Of a stretch of DNA of 46,207 nucleotides, positions 19,136-28,655 are shown in pieces. The notes under the pieces are model-generated. The model saw nothing but the letters and a program-made list of their open reading frames with translations, ran no database searches and was not told where the DNA came from. A program made the translations under genes and the position numbers. Origin of the DNA: Spirochaetaceae bacterium (GTDB taxonomy: Bacteria; Spirochaetota; Spirochaetia; DSM-2461); assembly GCA_051531975.1 (NCBI GenBank), contig JAOPTT010000015.1, positions 1 to 46,207 on the forward strand, given 5' to 3'. The number at the start of each line of letters is the position of its first letter. Within the stretch, counting starts at the first letter, position 1.

Positions 19136-20976
19136 TGCAACATAGTGTTAATAAATTAAGAGTTTTAATTGTCTTGATAATTATTGTTCTTATATTTTCA
19201 TATAACTTATTATATCTTTTTAAAATGCAGGTTCGGGATCAGAATCTTTATCAAAAAAAAGCTACAGCTGTATCAAGTCGGAGTACTTCTATAAGAGCAC
19301 CAAGAGGTGAGATTTATGATAGGAATTATGATATTCCATACGTTGATAATACAGAATCTTTTAGTGTTTTAGTAAATCCTGCTTCTATACCTGAGGATAG
19401 TTATAAAGGCTTAATTTTAAAATTATCAGAGATACTTGATGTTGATACATCTTATATAGAGCGAAAGTTACCACATTATTTAAGATCTTCACATAAAAAT
19501 ATAGAAATACAAAGTTCTGTGCCTTATTATAAAATAACTCAATTAGCCGAAAATATAGATGAACTAAATGGGGTAAGTTGGGAAAGTATTCCTATGAGAA
19601 ACTACCTCTTTGATGGTTCAATATCCCACATGTTAGGTTATGTAGGAAAAATATCTCAGAGTGAATTTCAGGTTTTATATAACGAAGGTTATACTGCAAA
19701 TGATGATATTGGTAAAAATGGTGTAGAAAAACAGTATGACATCGTTTTAAAAGGTGAAAATGGCCTTAAGTATAAAACTGTTGATGTTCAAGGGCGTAAA
19801 TTAGACAAAAAAAATATAAAGAAAGATATTGAACCTATTGCTGGTAAAAATTTAAAACTTACTATTGATAGAAATATTCAAACCCTTGCTGAGAAGGCTT
19901 TAGGTAATAGAAAAGGTTCTGTCGTTGTTCTAAAACCTGATTCAGGAGAGATTTTAGCCATGGTATCTTATCCATGGTATGAACCTAAAGAGTTTGACAT
20001 CCCTGGAAATAATGCATATGGTCGTATTTTGTTAGACGATGATAAGCCTCTATTAAATAGAGCTATTCAAGGATATGCACCAGCCTCTACTTTTAAAGTT
20101 ATTATGTCCGCAGCAGCTTTAGAAGAAAAAATTCCTCTAGATTTTACTGTAGAATGTACTGGACGAGTTTATTATGGTAATAGATTTTTTCATTGTTGGA
20201 ACAGGGCTGGTCATGGAGAAATGGATTTGCAGGGTGCTTTAGAAAACTCTTGTAATATTTATTTTTATACTGCTGGCCGGGAATTTATTGGAATACAGAA
20301 AATAAATACTTATGCCAGGGATTTTGGATTTGGTGAAAAAACTGGGATTGACCTTCCAAATGAAGCAAGAGGACAGGTTCCTACTCCTGAATGGGTTAAG
20401 AGAAGGTATGACATAAAATGGACCCATGGAGATACAATGAATGTTTCAATTGGTCAAGGGAAAACATTAGCGTCTCCACTTCAAGTTGCCAATGAATTAG
20501 CTTTTGTTTTAAATGGTGGTGTTGCATATAAACCTCATGTTGTTAAAGAAATTATCGATCCATCAACTAACTTAGTTTCAGAAACCATCCCAAGAGAGAT
20601 ATTATTAAAAGTAAGTTATGCTCCTGACACATTTGATAAGATCAAAACATATATGAGAGGAGTTGTCACAGATGGTACTGCTAAAAATGCTCTATCAACT
20701 AGGGCAGTTCAAATAGCTGGAAAAACAGGTACTGGACAAGTTGGATATAAAGATAAGTTTCATGATTGGTTTATATCATATGGTCCATTTGATGCACCTG
20801 TAGAAGAGCAAATTGTAATGGTTGTTATGATTGAAGCATCTAATGACCTTGATAGATGGAGACCGTGGGCTCCTAAAGCTAGTAACCTTATATATCAAGG
20901 TATTTTTGCTAATCAAAACTACGAAGAGGTTGTTGATACATTAAAGCCATACTATTTAAGGGAGATAATTCAGTGA
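19135..20976 (+). CDS. mrdA: Penicillin-binding protein 2
   Basis: APRGEIYDRN, plus transpeptidase motifs STFK (SxxK), SCN (SxN) and KTG. Confidence 0.96.
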   Translation: MQHSVNKLRVLIVLIIIVLIFSYNLLYLFKMQVRDQNLYQKKATAVSSRSTSIRAPRGEIYDRNYDIPYVDNTESFSVLVNPASIPEDSYKGLILKLSEILDVDTSYIERKLPHYLRSSHKNIEIQSSVPYYKITQLAENIDELNGVSWESIPMRNYLFDGSISHMLGYVGKISQSEFQVLYNEGYTANDDIGKNGVEKQYDIVLKGENGLKYKTVDVQGRKLDKKNIKKDIEPIAGKNLKLTIDRNIQTLAEKALGNRKGSVVVLKPDSGEILAMVSYPWYEPKEFDIPGNNAYGRILLDDDKPLLNRAIQGYAPASTFKVIMSAAALEEKIPLDFTVECTGRVYYGNRFFHCWNRAGHGEMDLQGALENSCNIYFYTAGREFIGIQKINTYARDFGFGEKTGIDLPNEARGQVPTPEWVKRRYDIKWTHGDTMNVSIGQGKTLASPLQVANELAFVLNGGVAYKPHVVKEIIDPSTNLVSETIPREILLKVSYAPDTFDKIKTYMRGVVTDGTAKNALSTRAVQIAGKTGTGQVGYKDKFHDWFISYGPFDAPVEEQIVMVVMIEASNDLDRWRPWAPKASNLIYQGIFANQNYEEVVDTLKPYYLREIIQ

Positions 20977-22289
20977 GAAGAAAAATTGAACTTGGAAAAA
21001 CTCTATCTAGAATTGACTTCTTTATGTTAGCAGCAGTATTTTCCTTAATGTTTCTTGGCGTTATATTTATCTATTCTAGTGGAATATCTTCTGTTGGAAT
21101 AAATATGTCTAATGAATATTTAAAGCAACTAGCAAGAATCTTTTCTGGAATGTTTGTTTTACTGTTTTTTTCCCTATATGATCTTGGTCGAATAAAAAAT
21201 ATATCATTGTTTGTATATTTAATACTTATAATTATATTAGTTTATACTAGAATTAATGGAACTATGGTTAATGGTGCCAGGTCTTGGTTATTTGGTTTTC
21301 AACCATCTGAATTTACTAAAATATCAACCATTCTATTTTTGGCAAAATATTTAGATGATAATAAAACTGATGTAAAGTCTTTAAAAGTTTTTACTACTGC
21401 ATTTATTATTGTTGTAATTCCTTTTGGGTTAATATTAATACAACCTGACATGGGAACAGCATCAGTTTATATCCCTATATTTTTAGCTATGTTATTTATC
21501 GCAGGATGCAGAGTTAAACACATAATGTATCTAATTTTATTAGGTGCTTTTACAATAGTATTTACAATGTTACCTGGTTGGGAAGAGTTTATACTACAAA
21601 GCAAAAACCCATTTGTATCTGTTTTAACCGAACCACTACTTTTAACATACTTAATTGGGTCGTTTATTATTTCAACTATTCTTTCAATTATTGGACTTTT
21701 ATATTTCAGAAAAGAGTATTTTTACTGGGTAATTTATTTCTTTTCAATAATTATTGTTTCATTAATAGTTTCTTATGTTGCTAGAGTTTATGTTCTTAAA
21801 GATTATCAAATTATGAGACTTATAGTTTTCATGAATCCACAGGTAGATCCACTTAATTTTGGATGGAATATTATTCAAGCTACCACAGCTGTAGGTTCTG
21901 GAGGATTGACAGGTAAAGGTTTATTACAAGGGACACAGTCACACTATCAATTTTTGCCAGAGCAGAGTACAGATTTTATCTTTTCTATTTTATCTGAAGA
22001 GTTAGGATTTGTAGGCGCAATATTAGTTTTTGGTTTTTTTCTCGTAATTTTAACAAGAGGATTATTAATATTAACATATGCGAAAGATAACTACTCTATA
22101 ATTGTTGGTTCAGGTGTAATTGGTATGATTTTCTTTCATGTAGTCCTTAATATTGGTATGAATATTGGTTTGATGCCAATTACTGGTATTCCACTATTTT
22201 TTCTTTCATATGGAGGGTCATCACTATGGACAGCTTTAGCTGGAATAGGTATTCTACAGGGAATTTATCAACGACGTTATAGGAATTAA
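20973..22289 (+). CDS. rodA: SEDS peptidoglycan glycosyltransferase RodA
   Basis: GARSW..FQPSEFTK, QPDMGT, LPEQSTDFIF and PITGIPLFFLSYGGSS. Confidence 0.97.
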   Translation: MRRKIELGKTLSRIDFFMLAAVFSLMFLGVIFIYSSGISSVGINMSNEYLKQLARIFSGMFVLLFFSLYDLGRIKNISLFVYLILIIILVYTRINGTMVNGARSWLFGFQPSEFTKISTILFLAKYLDDNKTDVKSLKVFTTAFIIVVIPFGLILIQPDMGTASVYIPIFLAMLFIAGCRVKHIMYLILLGAFTIVFTMLPGWEEFILQSKNPFVSVLTEPLLLTYLIGSFIISTILSIIGLLYFRKEYFYWVIYFFSIIIVSLIVSYVARVYVLKDYQIMRLIVFMNPQVDPLNFGWNIIQATTAVGSGGLTGKGLLQGTQSHYQFLPEQSTDFIFSILSEELGFVGAILVFGFFLVILTRGLLILTYAKDNYSIIVGSGVIGMIFFHVVLNIGMNIGLMPITGIPLFFLSYGGSSLWTALAGIGILQGIYQRRYRN

Positions 22290-22291
22290 TC

Positions 22292-24757
22292 ATGAATAAT
22301 ATATTAAACAAGTTTAAATATGATCTTTTAAAGGTAAGAATGCCAGGAAGATACATCGGTGGAGAGTTTGGCTCTTTATACCCAACTGGGGATGAAATAC
22401 TCAAGATAGCTGTTTCTTTTCCAGATTTATATGAAATATCTATGTCTAATCAGGCATTAAAAATATTATATAATCTATTTAATAGCGTAGAGGGTGTTAG
22501 TTGTGAGCGAGTTTTTGCTCCAGCTCCAGATTTTGAAGAGTTTTTAAGAGAGAAACAATTATCTCTGTTCACTTTAGAGACCGGCTCACCATTAAAAGAT
22601 TTTGATATATTAGCATTCACTATAGGATATGAACTTTGTCTGACTAATTTATTAAATATGTTGGAACTATCCAATATTCCACTAAAAATTGAAGATAGAT
22701 CAGAAAATGATCCCATAATAATTGTTGGAGGTCCTGCTACAACAAACCCATCTCCATTTGGGCAGATAGTAGATTTTGTTTTTATAGGTGAAGCTGAAGG
22801 TGCTTTTAATAAGCTTTTAGAAGAGATTGTTGATCTAAAAAAACAAGGGTTTAAACGTTCTGATATTTATAATCATATTAAAAAACAAGAATATATTTGG
22901 CATAAAGATAAAAAAGAGAGGGTAAAAAGAACTTTTTGGGCAGAATTTGGTTTGTCTGCTCAACAGAGAACACATTTACCAGTTGCATCTATAACTCCTG
23001 TTCAAGATCATGGTGTAGTAGAGATTATGCGTGGTTGCCCAAGTGGTTGCCGTTTTTGTCATGCCGGTGTTTATTATAAACCATTTAGACAAAAAGAATT
23101 TAAACACATTGTTAAAGAGGTTGAGGATTTAGTTGATAAATGTGGTTATAGAACTATAACATTATCATCCCTTTCTTCTGGAGACTATAACGGTATCTAT
23201 GAGCTTGTTAGGGGATTAAACAGATTATTTAAAGATAGAGGTGTATCTTTCTCTCTACCATCCTTAAGAGTCAATTCTATAACTCTTCCATTAATAGAAG
23301 AACTTTCTGAGGTAAGAAAAAGTAGTTTAACTTTTGCACTTGAAACTCCAAAATTAGGTTGGCAAAGAGGGATTAATAAAGAAGTTCCTAAAGATAAAAT
23401 AATTGAGATTCTATTAAAAGCGAAAGAGAGAGGTTGGAAATTAGCAAAATTTTACTTCATGCTTGGTCTTCCAGTCGCAGAGGGAGAAGATGAAGTTACC
23501 CCCATTATCGAGTTAATTAAAGAGTTACAAGCAGCTACAGGCCTGCGTTTCAATGTTAATATTGGTGTCTTTATTCCAAAACCTCATACAACTTATGAAA
23601 GATCATATCAGTTTACAGATGAGATCGGCTTTGAACAGTTAAAAGCTGTAAAAAGTGGTCTTAAAGGGCGTAATATTAAGGTTAGCTTCCACTCACCATT
23701 TTTATCATATTTAGAAGGTATTTTTACTAGAGGTGATGAGCGGGTTAATGATCTACTTATTAATGCATATAAAAAAGGTGCTCGTTTAGATGCATGGGAT
23801 GAATATATAAATCGGGATATATGGCGTGAAGCAATTAGTGAATGTGATTGGGATGTTGAAAAAACAATCTGTAATAAAAGAGATCAGTCCCAGGAATTAC
23901 CATGGGATAATATATCACTTTTAGAAACTTCAAAGTTTAGATGTGATGAGTTACAAAAATCTATAAATCAGGATTTAACACCTCACTGTTCAGATCCATG
24001 TGATCATAATTGTGGTGTTTGTAAAAATGATATAAAAATTAAAGAGGCTGATGTCTTTAATGATCTTGATAAATTAGTGCCTACAAATCCTGTTGATAAA
24101 ACAAACTTCAGGAAAATTGTATTTAGATTTACTAAAACTGGTAGAGCAATTTTTGTTCCTCATTTAAGCACAATGACTATTATAGAGAGAGCATTTTTTA
24201 GAAGTGGTATAGAGGTTCGTTTTACTGAAGGTTTCAATCCTAAGCCAAAGCTGGAGTTTGCTCATCCATTATCTATGGGTCTTTCTTCTGATTATGAAAT
24301 TTTTGGAATTGAGATATATAATGGACATGATGACTTAAATAAAACAATTGAAGCCTTAAATAAGAACCTTCCTGCTGGTTTTTTAGTAACAAAAGCTTAC
24401 AAGATGAATAAAATTCAAGAGGGACGTTCACATAAATCTCTAATGGCACTATATGCAGGTTCTGACTACGAAGTTAATTGTGATAGAGCAAAATTAACTA
24501 ATATTGAGTTGAAAGATGTAATATTAGATTTTATAAAAGATACTGATGTAAAAGATGATTATTCATTAACTGTTATAGATAATAATATTTTAAAGATTAA
24601 AGCTATGTTTAATAACCATAAGTGGAATAATTGTGTCAAAATGATATCTGAAGCTACAGGAGAATCAGCCTTAACTTCAGGATATGATTTTAATAGAACG
24701 ACTTGTTATGCAAAATCAAAAAAGGGAACTATAATTCTATTTTCTGATATGAAATAG
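22292..24757 (+). CDS. TIGR03960-type radical SAM protein fused to a TIGR03936-type (DUF2344) domain
   Basis: PGRYIGGE, FPDLYEI.MSN, RGCPSGCRFC, GARLDAWDE and CDHNCGVC, then C-terminal HL...ERAFFRSG..FTEGFNPKPK. Confidence 0.9.
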   Translation: MNNILNKFKYDLLKVRMPGRYIGGEFGSLYPTGDEILKIAVSFPDLYEISMSNQALKILYNLFNSVEGVSCERVFAPAPDFEEFLREKQLSLFTLETGSPLKDFDILAFTIGYELCLTNLLNMLELSNIPLKIEDRSENDPIIIVGGPATTNPSPFGQIVDFVFIGEAEGAFNKLLEEIVDLKKQGFKRSDIYNHIKKQEYIWHKDKKERVKRTFWAEFGLSAQQRTHLPVASITPVQDHGVVEIMRGCPSGCRFCHAGVYYKPFRQKEFKHIVKEVEDLVDKCGYRTITLSSLSSGDYNGIYELVRGLNRLFKDRGVSFSLPSLRVNSITLPLIEELSEVRKSSLTFALETPKLGWQRGINKEVPKDKIIEILLKAKERGWKLAKFYFMLGLPVAEGEDEVTPIIELIKELQAATGLRFNVNIGVFIPKPHTTYERSYQFTDEIGFEQLKAVKSGLKGRNIKVSFHSPFLSYLEGIFTRGDERVNDLLINAYKKGARLDAWDEYINRDIWREAISECDWDVEKTICNKRDQSQELPWDNISLLETSKFRCDELQKSINQDLTPHCSDPCDHNCGVCKNDIKIKEADVFNDLDKLVPTNPVDKTNFRKIVFRFTKTGRAIFVPHLSTMTIIERAFFRSGIEVRFTEGFNPKPKLEFAHPLSMGLSSDYEIFGIEIYNGHDDLNKTIEALNKNLPAGFLVTKAYKMNKIQEGRSHKSLMALYAGSDYEVNCDRAKLTNIELKDVILDFIKDTDVKDDYSLTVIDNNILKIKAMFNNHKWNNCVKMISEATGESALTSGYDFNRTTCYAKSKKGTIILFSDMK

Positions 24758-26573
24758 AGTCTAATAAAATTCCACCTTTATCGGAATTAATTACTATTTC
24801 AAAAGAATCCCATAGTAGACCTGCTATGGGAATTTCATAATTTTGAAAATGTGTCTCACTAGTTTTTTTAATTAAAAATATATCTGTTTTAAATATATTA
24901 CTATTTATTTGAGGTTGTAATGTTAACTGCTTAATTAGCATCTTTTTCTCATCTTTATAAAATTCTATATTAATATTTTCTTTCATGTTTGATTTAGAAC
25001 CAATAGATATATTAATATTTTTCATTTTTGTCTCAGGATTTGTATTATTAAAACTTACAGAACCATTTTTACTCCATTTTAATTCTAATACTCTATTTGC
25101 AAAGTGATAGATAATTGAACCTTCTATATTATTGAAAAATATTCCTTTTGTATTATTAAAATTATATAAGTTTGAAGTATTGTCATCATAAAAATCTACA
25201 ATATAAGAAATATCTGGGAGTGTTGGTATCACTTTAGGATTTTTAATTATAGGTATTAAGTCAACTTTATCTTTTAGCTTAATATCAAAAAACAGAGAAC
25301 TTAATTGTTTGGATATCTCTCTTTGATCTTCTGGTTTTACAGTATAGTTGCTCCCATAAAAGATTTGTCCTAAACCAGTAGAGTCAATTTTTCCCCAATC
25401 AGAATTAAAACCAGAATGATTAAGACCTTGGATATAATAGCTTAGTTTAAAATTATTTTCTTTATTACTAAAAGTGACTCGATTGTATTGAAATCTACCC
25501 TTAAAGCTCTCTAAATCACCATCATTAGCTCCACCAATAGTTAAATATGATATATTGTCTAATTTTATGATCTCTCTAAATTGGTAGTCTGTTGGAGCAA
25601 TAGCCATTAGTGCTTTGATATTATATTTTTTGTTTTTATTTGCAGCTATACTTATAGCTTCTCCACCTCTAGAGTGACCTATAAGTCCTATATTTTCCAT
25701 ATCTATTTTTTTATACAATATTGATTTTGAACTATTATTAAATTTCTCAAATAGTTTTAGATGCTCTAATATTAGGTAACCCCTTGTATCGTTTTCTCTT
25801 GGTTGTCCAATACCTAAGTTTGTCCAGTTGCCATTTAAAAAATTCTGATCAATTGAGACTGCTATATATCCATTTTGAGCAAGATGTTTAAGTATGTAAT
25901 CATAACCATGATGAGATCTGTCCTCAGCCATATGATTCCCATGTACAACTAACACAAGAGGGTATTTCCCATAGAGTTGTGGAAAATATACTTTTCCATT
26001 TAGAGGTAGATTTGTGGAAAACTTCCAATAATTTTTATCATACCAGTCTGAGAGACCACTGTTTCCATTATAATAAGATGATGAGTCAATTGAATATGTT
26101 TTTATATTAGTACCATTTCCATATTCGAAATGATCAATGTCCATAGACAAGCTAACTAAAGACTTTTCTAGATTTGAGTTATAATGTAATTTTTTTCCTT
26201 GCCACAAAATTAATATTATGAGAAATAAGGCAAGAATTAAACCAATTACCTTTAATGTTTTATATTTTAGTAACATTAGCAATCCGATAAGACTTGAAAT
26301 TATCACTAATATTATAGATGTTTTTAAGCTAATACGTGCAAACTCACCAATAATTACTATACTCCCAAAGTTTAAAATAAAAATAAAAATAGGTAGACCT
26401 ATCTTTTTATAATTTGTTTTAAACAGTTTTTTTATAATAAAATTAAATAATAGAAAGAGTATTGTTAATGTAGAAATAAATAATGGTCTTATATAATAAA
26501 GGGAACCAGATGGAACTAATGTTAAGATAAATACGATATAGATAATAAAATAACAAAGTAAAATAATAAGCAT
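24729..26573 (-). CDS. Membrane-anchored alpha/beta hydrolase (esterase/chlorophyllase-like)
   Basis: About 5 N-terminal TMs, PLVLVVHGNH and the nucleophile motif GHSRGG. The ATG at 26573 is preferred because the track start (26618) abuts a terminator. Confidence 0.85.
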   Translation of the reverse strand: MLIILLCYFIIYIVFILTLVPSGSLYYIRPLFISTLTILFLLFNFIIKKLFKTNYKKIGLPIFIFILNFGSIVIIGEFARISLKTSIILVIISSLIGLLMLLKYKTLKVIGLILALFLIILILWQGKKLHYNSNLEKSLVSLSMDIDHFEYGNGTNIKTYSIDSSSYYNGNSGLSDWYDKNYWKFSTNLPLNGKVYFPQLYGKYPLVLVVHGNHMAEDRSHHGYDYILKHLAQNGYIAVSIDQNFLNGNWTNLGIGQPRENDTRGYLILEHLKLFEKFNNSSKSILYKKIDMENIGLIGHSRGGEAISIAANKNKKYNIKALMAIAPTDYQFREIIKLDNISYLTIGGANDGDLESFKGRFQYNRVTFSNKENNFKLSYYIQGLNHSGFNSDWGKIDSTGLGQIFYGSNYTVKPEDQREISKQLSSLFFDIKLKDKVDLIPIIKNPKVIPTLPDISYIVDFYDDNTSNLYNFNNTKGIFFNNIEGSIIYHFANRVLELKWSKNGSVSFNNTNPETKMKNINISIGSKSNMKENINIEFYKDEKKMLIKQLTLQPQINSNIFKTDIFLIKKTSETHFQNYEIPIAGLLWDSFEIVINSDKGGILLDSISYQKIEL

Positions 26574-26618
26574 AAAGAAATTATATACATTTAGTAACTT
26601 AAATAAATAGTTGGGCAT

Positions 26619-26647
26619 AAAAAAAGGGATAAGAAAATCTTATCCCT
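26619..26647 (-). terminator. Terminator of tRNA-Gln
   Basis: AGGGATAAG/CTTATCCCT stem followed by a T run on the minus strand. Confidence 0.85.
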
Positions 26648-26656
26648 AAATTGTAA

Positions 26657-26728
26657 CTTGGTCGGCAGGATTCGAACCTACGAATGCATGGATCAAAACC
26701 ATGTGACTTACCGCTTGTCGACGACCAA
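26657..26728 (-). tRNA. tRNA-Gln(TTG)
   Basis: Reverse complement has acceptor TTGGTCG/CGACCAA, anticodon arm CATGG-TTTTGAT-CCATG and T arm GTAGG-TTCGAAT-CCTGC. Confidence 0.96.
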
Positions 26729-26743
26729 TTGCTTACGAAATGT

Positions 26744-26772
26744 ATAATACATAATTATATTTTATTGGTCAA
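26744..26772 (-). promoter_or_regulatory. Sigma70 promoter of tRNA-Gln
   Basis: TTGACC, 17 nt, TATTAT on the minus strand, 15 nt upstream of the tRNA. Confidence 0.75.
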
Positions 26773-26845
26773 TATAAAAGTAATATTTATTTAACTAAAT
26801 ATATCTAGGCTAGAAATTGCTTTTAAAATTGTATATGTTTTTAAA

Positions 26846-28612
26846 ATGATACGTGATTTTCTAAAAGACAATATATTGTTAGCTGATGGAGCAATAGGAA
26901 CATATTTTACTAAGTTTATAGATAATGAAAATTATAGGGTAGAACTTGCAAATATAAATGATCCGGATATTATTTTAAAAATACATTCTGAATATATAAA
27001 AAGTGGTGCAAAACTAATTAGAACCAATACTTTTTCTGCAAATACAAAGTCATTAAATATATCGACTGCTAAATTAAAAGAAGTAATTAAACATGGGTGT
27101 TTATTAGTAACAGAAGCAAAAGCTAATAATGATATTTTTATTGCCGCTAATATTGGACCAATACCTGAAACATCAGATGAAGGTCTTTTATACTCTAGAA
27201 AAGAATTATTAGACGAATATAAGTTTATCATTGATTGTTTTATTGAATGTGGGATTCTGATATTTAATTTTGAAACATTTAGTAATCTAGAATATTTACC
27301 AGAAATTATAAATTACATAAAATCTTTAAAAGAGTTAACATTTATAGCAGTACAATTTTCTGTTATGAAGTCAGGATATACAAGAAGTGGTATCTATATT
27401 GATGATATTGTATCGGAATCAAATATTCTTGATATAGATGTTTTAGGTTTTAACTGTGGGTCTGGGCCTGCACATCTAGTTGCAAATATAAAAAAATTGA
27501 AAAAATTAAATAATATTTTATCATCATACCCAAATTCAGGTTATCCAGAAATAATTAACAATAGAACCGTGTTTAATAATAATCCTAAGTATTTTGCTGA
27601 TATTTTAGCTGAATCAATAAAGTATGGAGTAAAAATACTTGGAGGATGTTGTGGTACTACACCAGATCATATCTCTATGTTAAATAACATATTAAATGGA
27701 AAAAATGAGCCTTCGATTATTTCAAATTATGCAAAAAAAGAAAATAGTTCTATTACAATAAAAAAACCGGAAAAAGATTTTATTATTGCAGTAGAACTAG
27801 ATCCTCCTTTTAAACCAGATTTAACAAAAATATTAAAAAGTGCAGCAGACCTTAAAAATATAGGTGTTGATTTTATTACCCTGGCTGATTCGCCATCGGG
27901 GCGTATGCGTCTTAATCCAATTACAGTGGCATCCAGAATTAAAAGAGATATAAATATTGACGTAATGCCACACATCTGCTGTAGAGATAGGAATCTAATT
28001 GCATTAGAGTCAGATATATTAGCTGCTCATACTGAAGGTATTAGACATTTACTTCTTGTCACTGGAGATCCTGTACCATTTGAAAAAAGGGATGATGTTA
28101 AAAAAGTATTTAATTGTAACTCCGTGACTTTAATGAAAAGGGTAAAGTTAATTAATAATACATTTCTAGATAAATCACCATTTCTGATTGCAGGTGCCCT
28201 TAATTTAAGTGTTAATAAATTAGAGAATGAGATTATTAAGATGGATAAAAAAAATGAAGCAGGAGCGACACTTTTTTTAACTCAGCCAATATATGATGAT
28301 AGAACTATAGAATATCTGCTAAATATGAAAAATAGAGACGATACTAAGATTTTAGCTGGAATATTACCCATTGTAACATATAAAAATGCTCAATTTTTGA
28401 ATAATGAGTTTCCGGGTATTTCAATTCCCAATAATATAATTTTTAGGTTTAATCCGGATATGGATAGAGATACTGCTGAAAAAATGGGTATTGATATTGC
28501 CGTTGAGACTGTGAATAAACTTAAATCGCGAGTAGATGGATTTTACTTCATAACTCCATTTTTAAGAACAAACATGATTAAAGAGATAATTAAAAGAACA
28601 AATATAAAGTAA
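26846..28612 (+). CDS. Bifunctional homocysteine S-methyltransferase / methylenetetrahydrofolate reductase (YitJ-like)
   Basis: DGAIGT, GFNCGSGP and GGCCGTTP (Zn ligands), then VELDPP, HICCRDRN, TGDP and TQPIY. Confidence 0.93.
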   Translation: MIRDFLKDNILLADGAIGTYFTKFIDNENYRVELANINDPDIILKIHSEYIKSGAKLIRTNTFSANTKSLNISTAKLKEVIKHGCLLVTEAKANNDIFIAANIGPIPETSDEGLLYSRKELLDEYKFIIDCFIECGILIFNFETFSNLEYLPEIINYIKSLKELTFIAVQFSVMKSGYTRSGIYIDDIVSESNILDIDVLGFNCGSGPAHLVANIKKLKKLNNILSSYPNSGYPEIINNRTVFNNNPKYFADILAESIKYGVKILGGCCGTTPDHISMLNNILNGKNEPSIISNYAKKENSSITIKKPEKDFIIAVELDPPFKPDLTKILKSAADLKNIGVDFITLADSPSGRMRLNPITVASRIKRDINIDVMPHICCRDRNLIALESDILAAHTEGIRHLLLVTGDPVPFEKRDDVKKVFNCNSVTLMKRVKLINNTFLDKSPFLIAGALNLSVNKLENEIIKMDKKNEAGATLFLTQPIYDDRTIEYLLNMKNRDDTKILAGILPIVTYKNAQFLNNEFPGISIPNNIIFRFNPDMDRDTAEKMGIDIAVETVNKLKSRVDGFYFITPFLRTNMIKEIIKRTNIK

Positions 28613-28655
28613 AATAATATTCGAATTATTAAAATATATTTACTATAATTAAAAT

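Noticed and set aside
24729..26728. Hydrolase gene at the 3' end of tRNA-Gln as an integrated island
   Set aside because: No integrase, and no duplicate of the tRNA 3' end near the far boundary. The tRNA terminator is intact. The short CTTGGTCG match inside rodA is a chance hit.
26730..26845. SAM (S-box) riboswitch upstream of the YitJ-like gene
   Set aside because: The gap is short and AT-rich, holds divergent promoters, and lacks S-box motifs.
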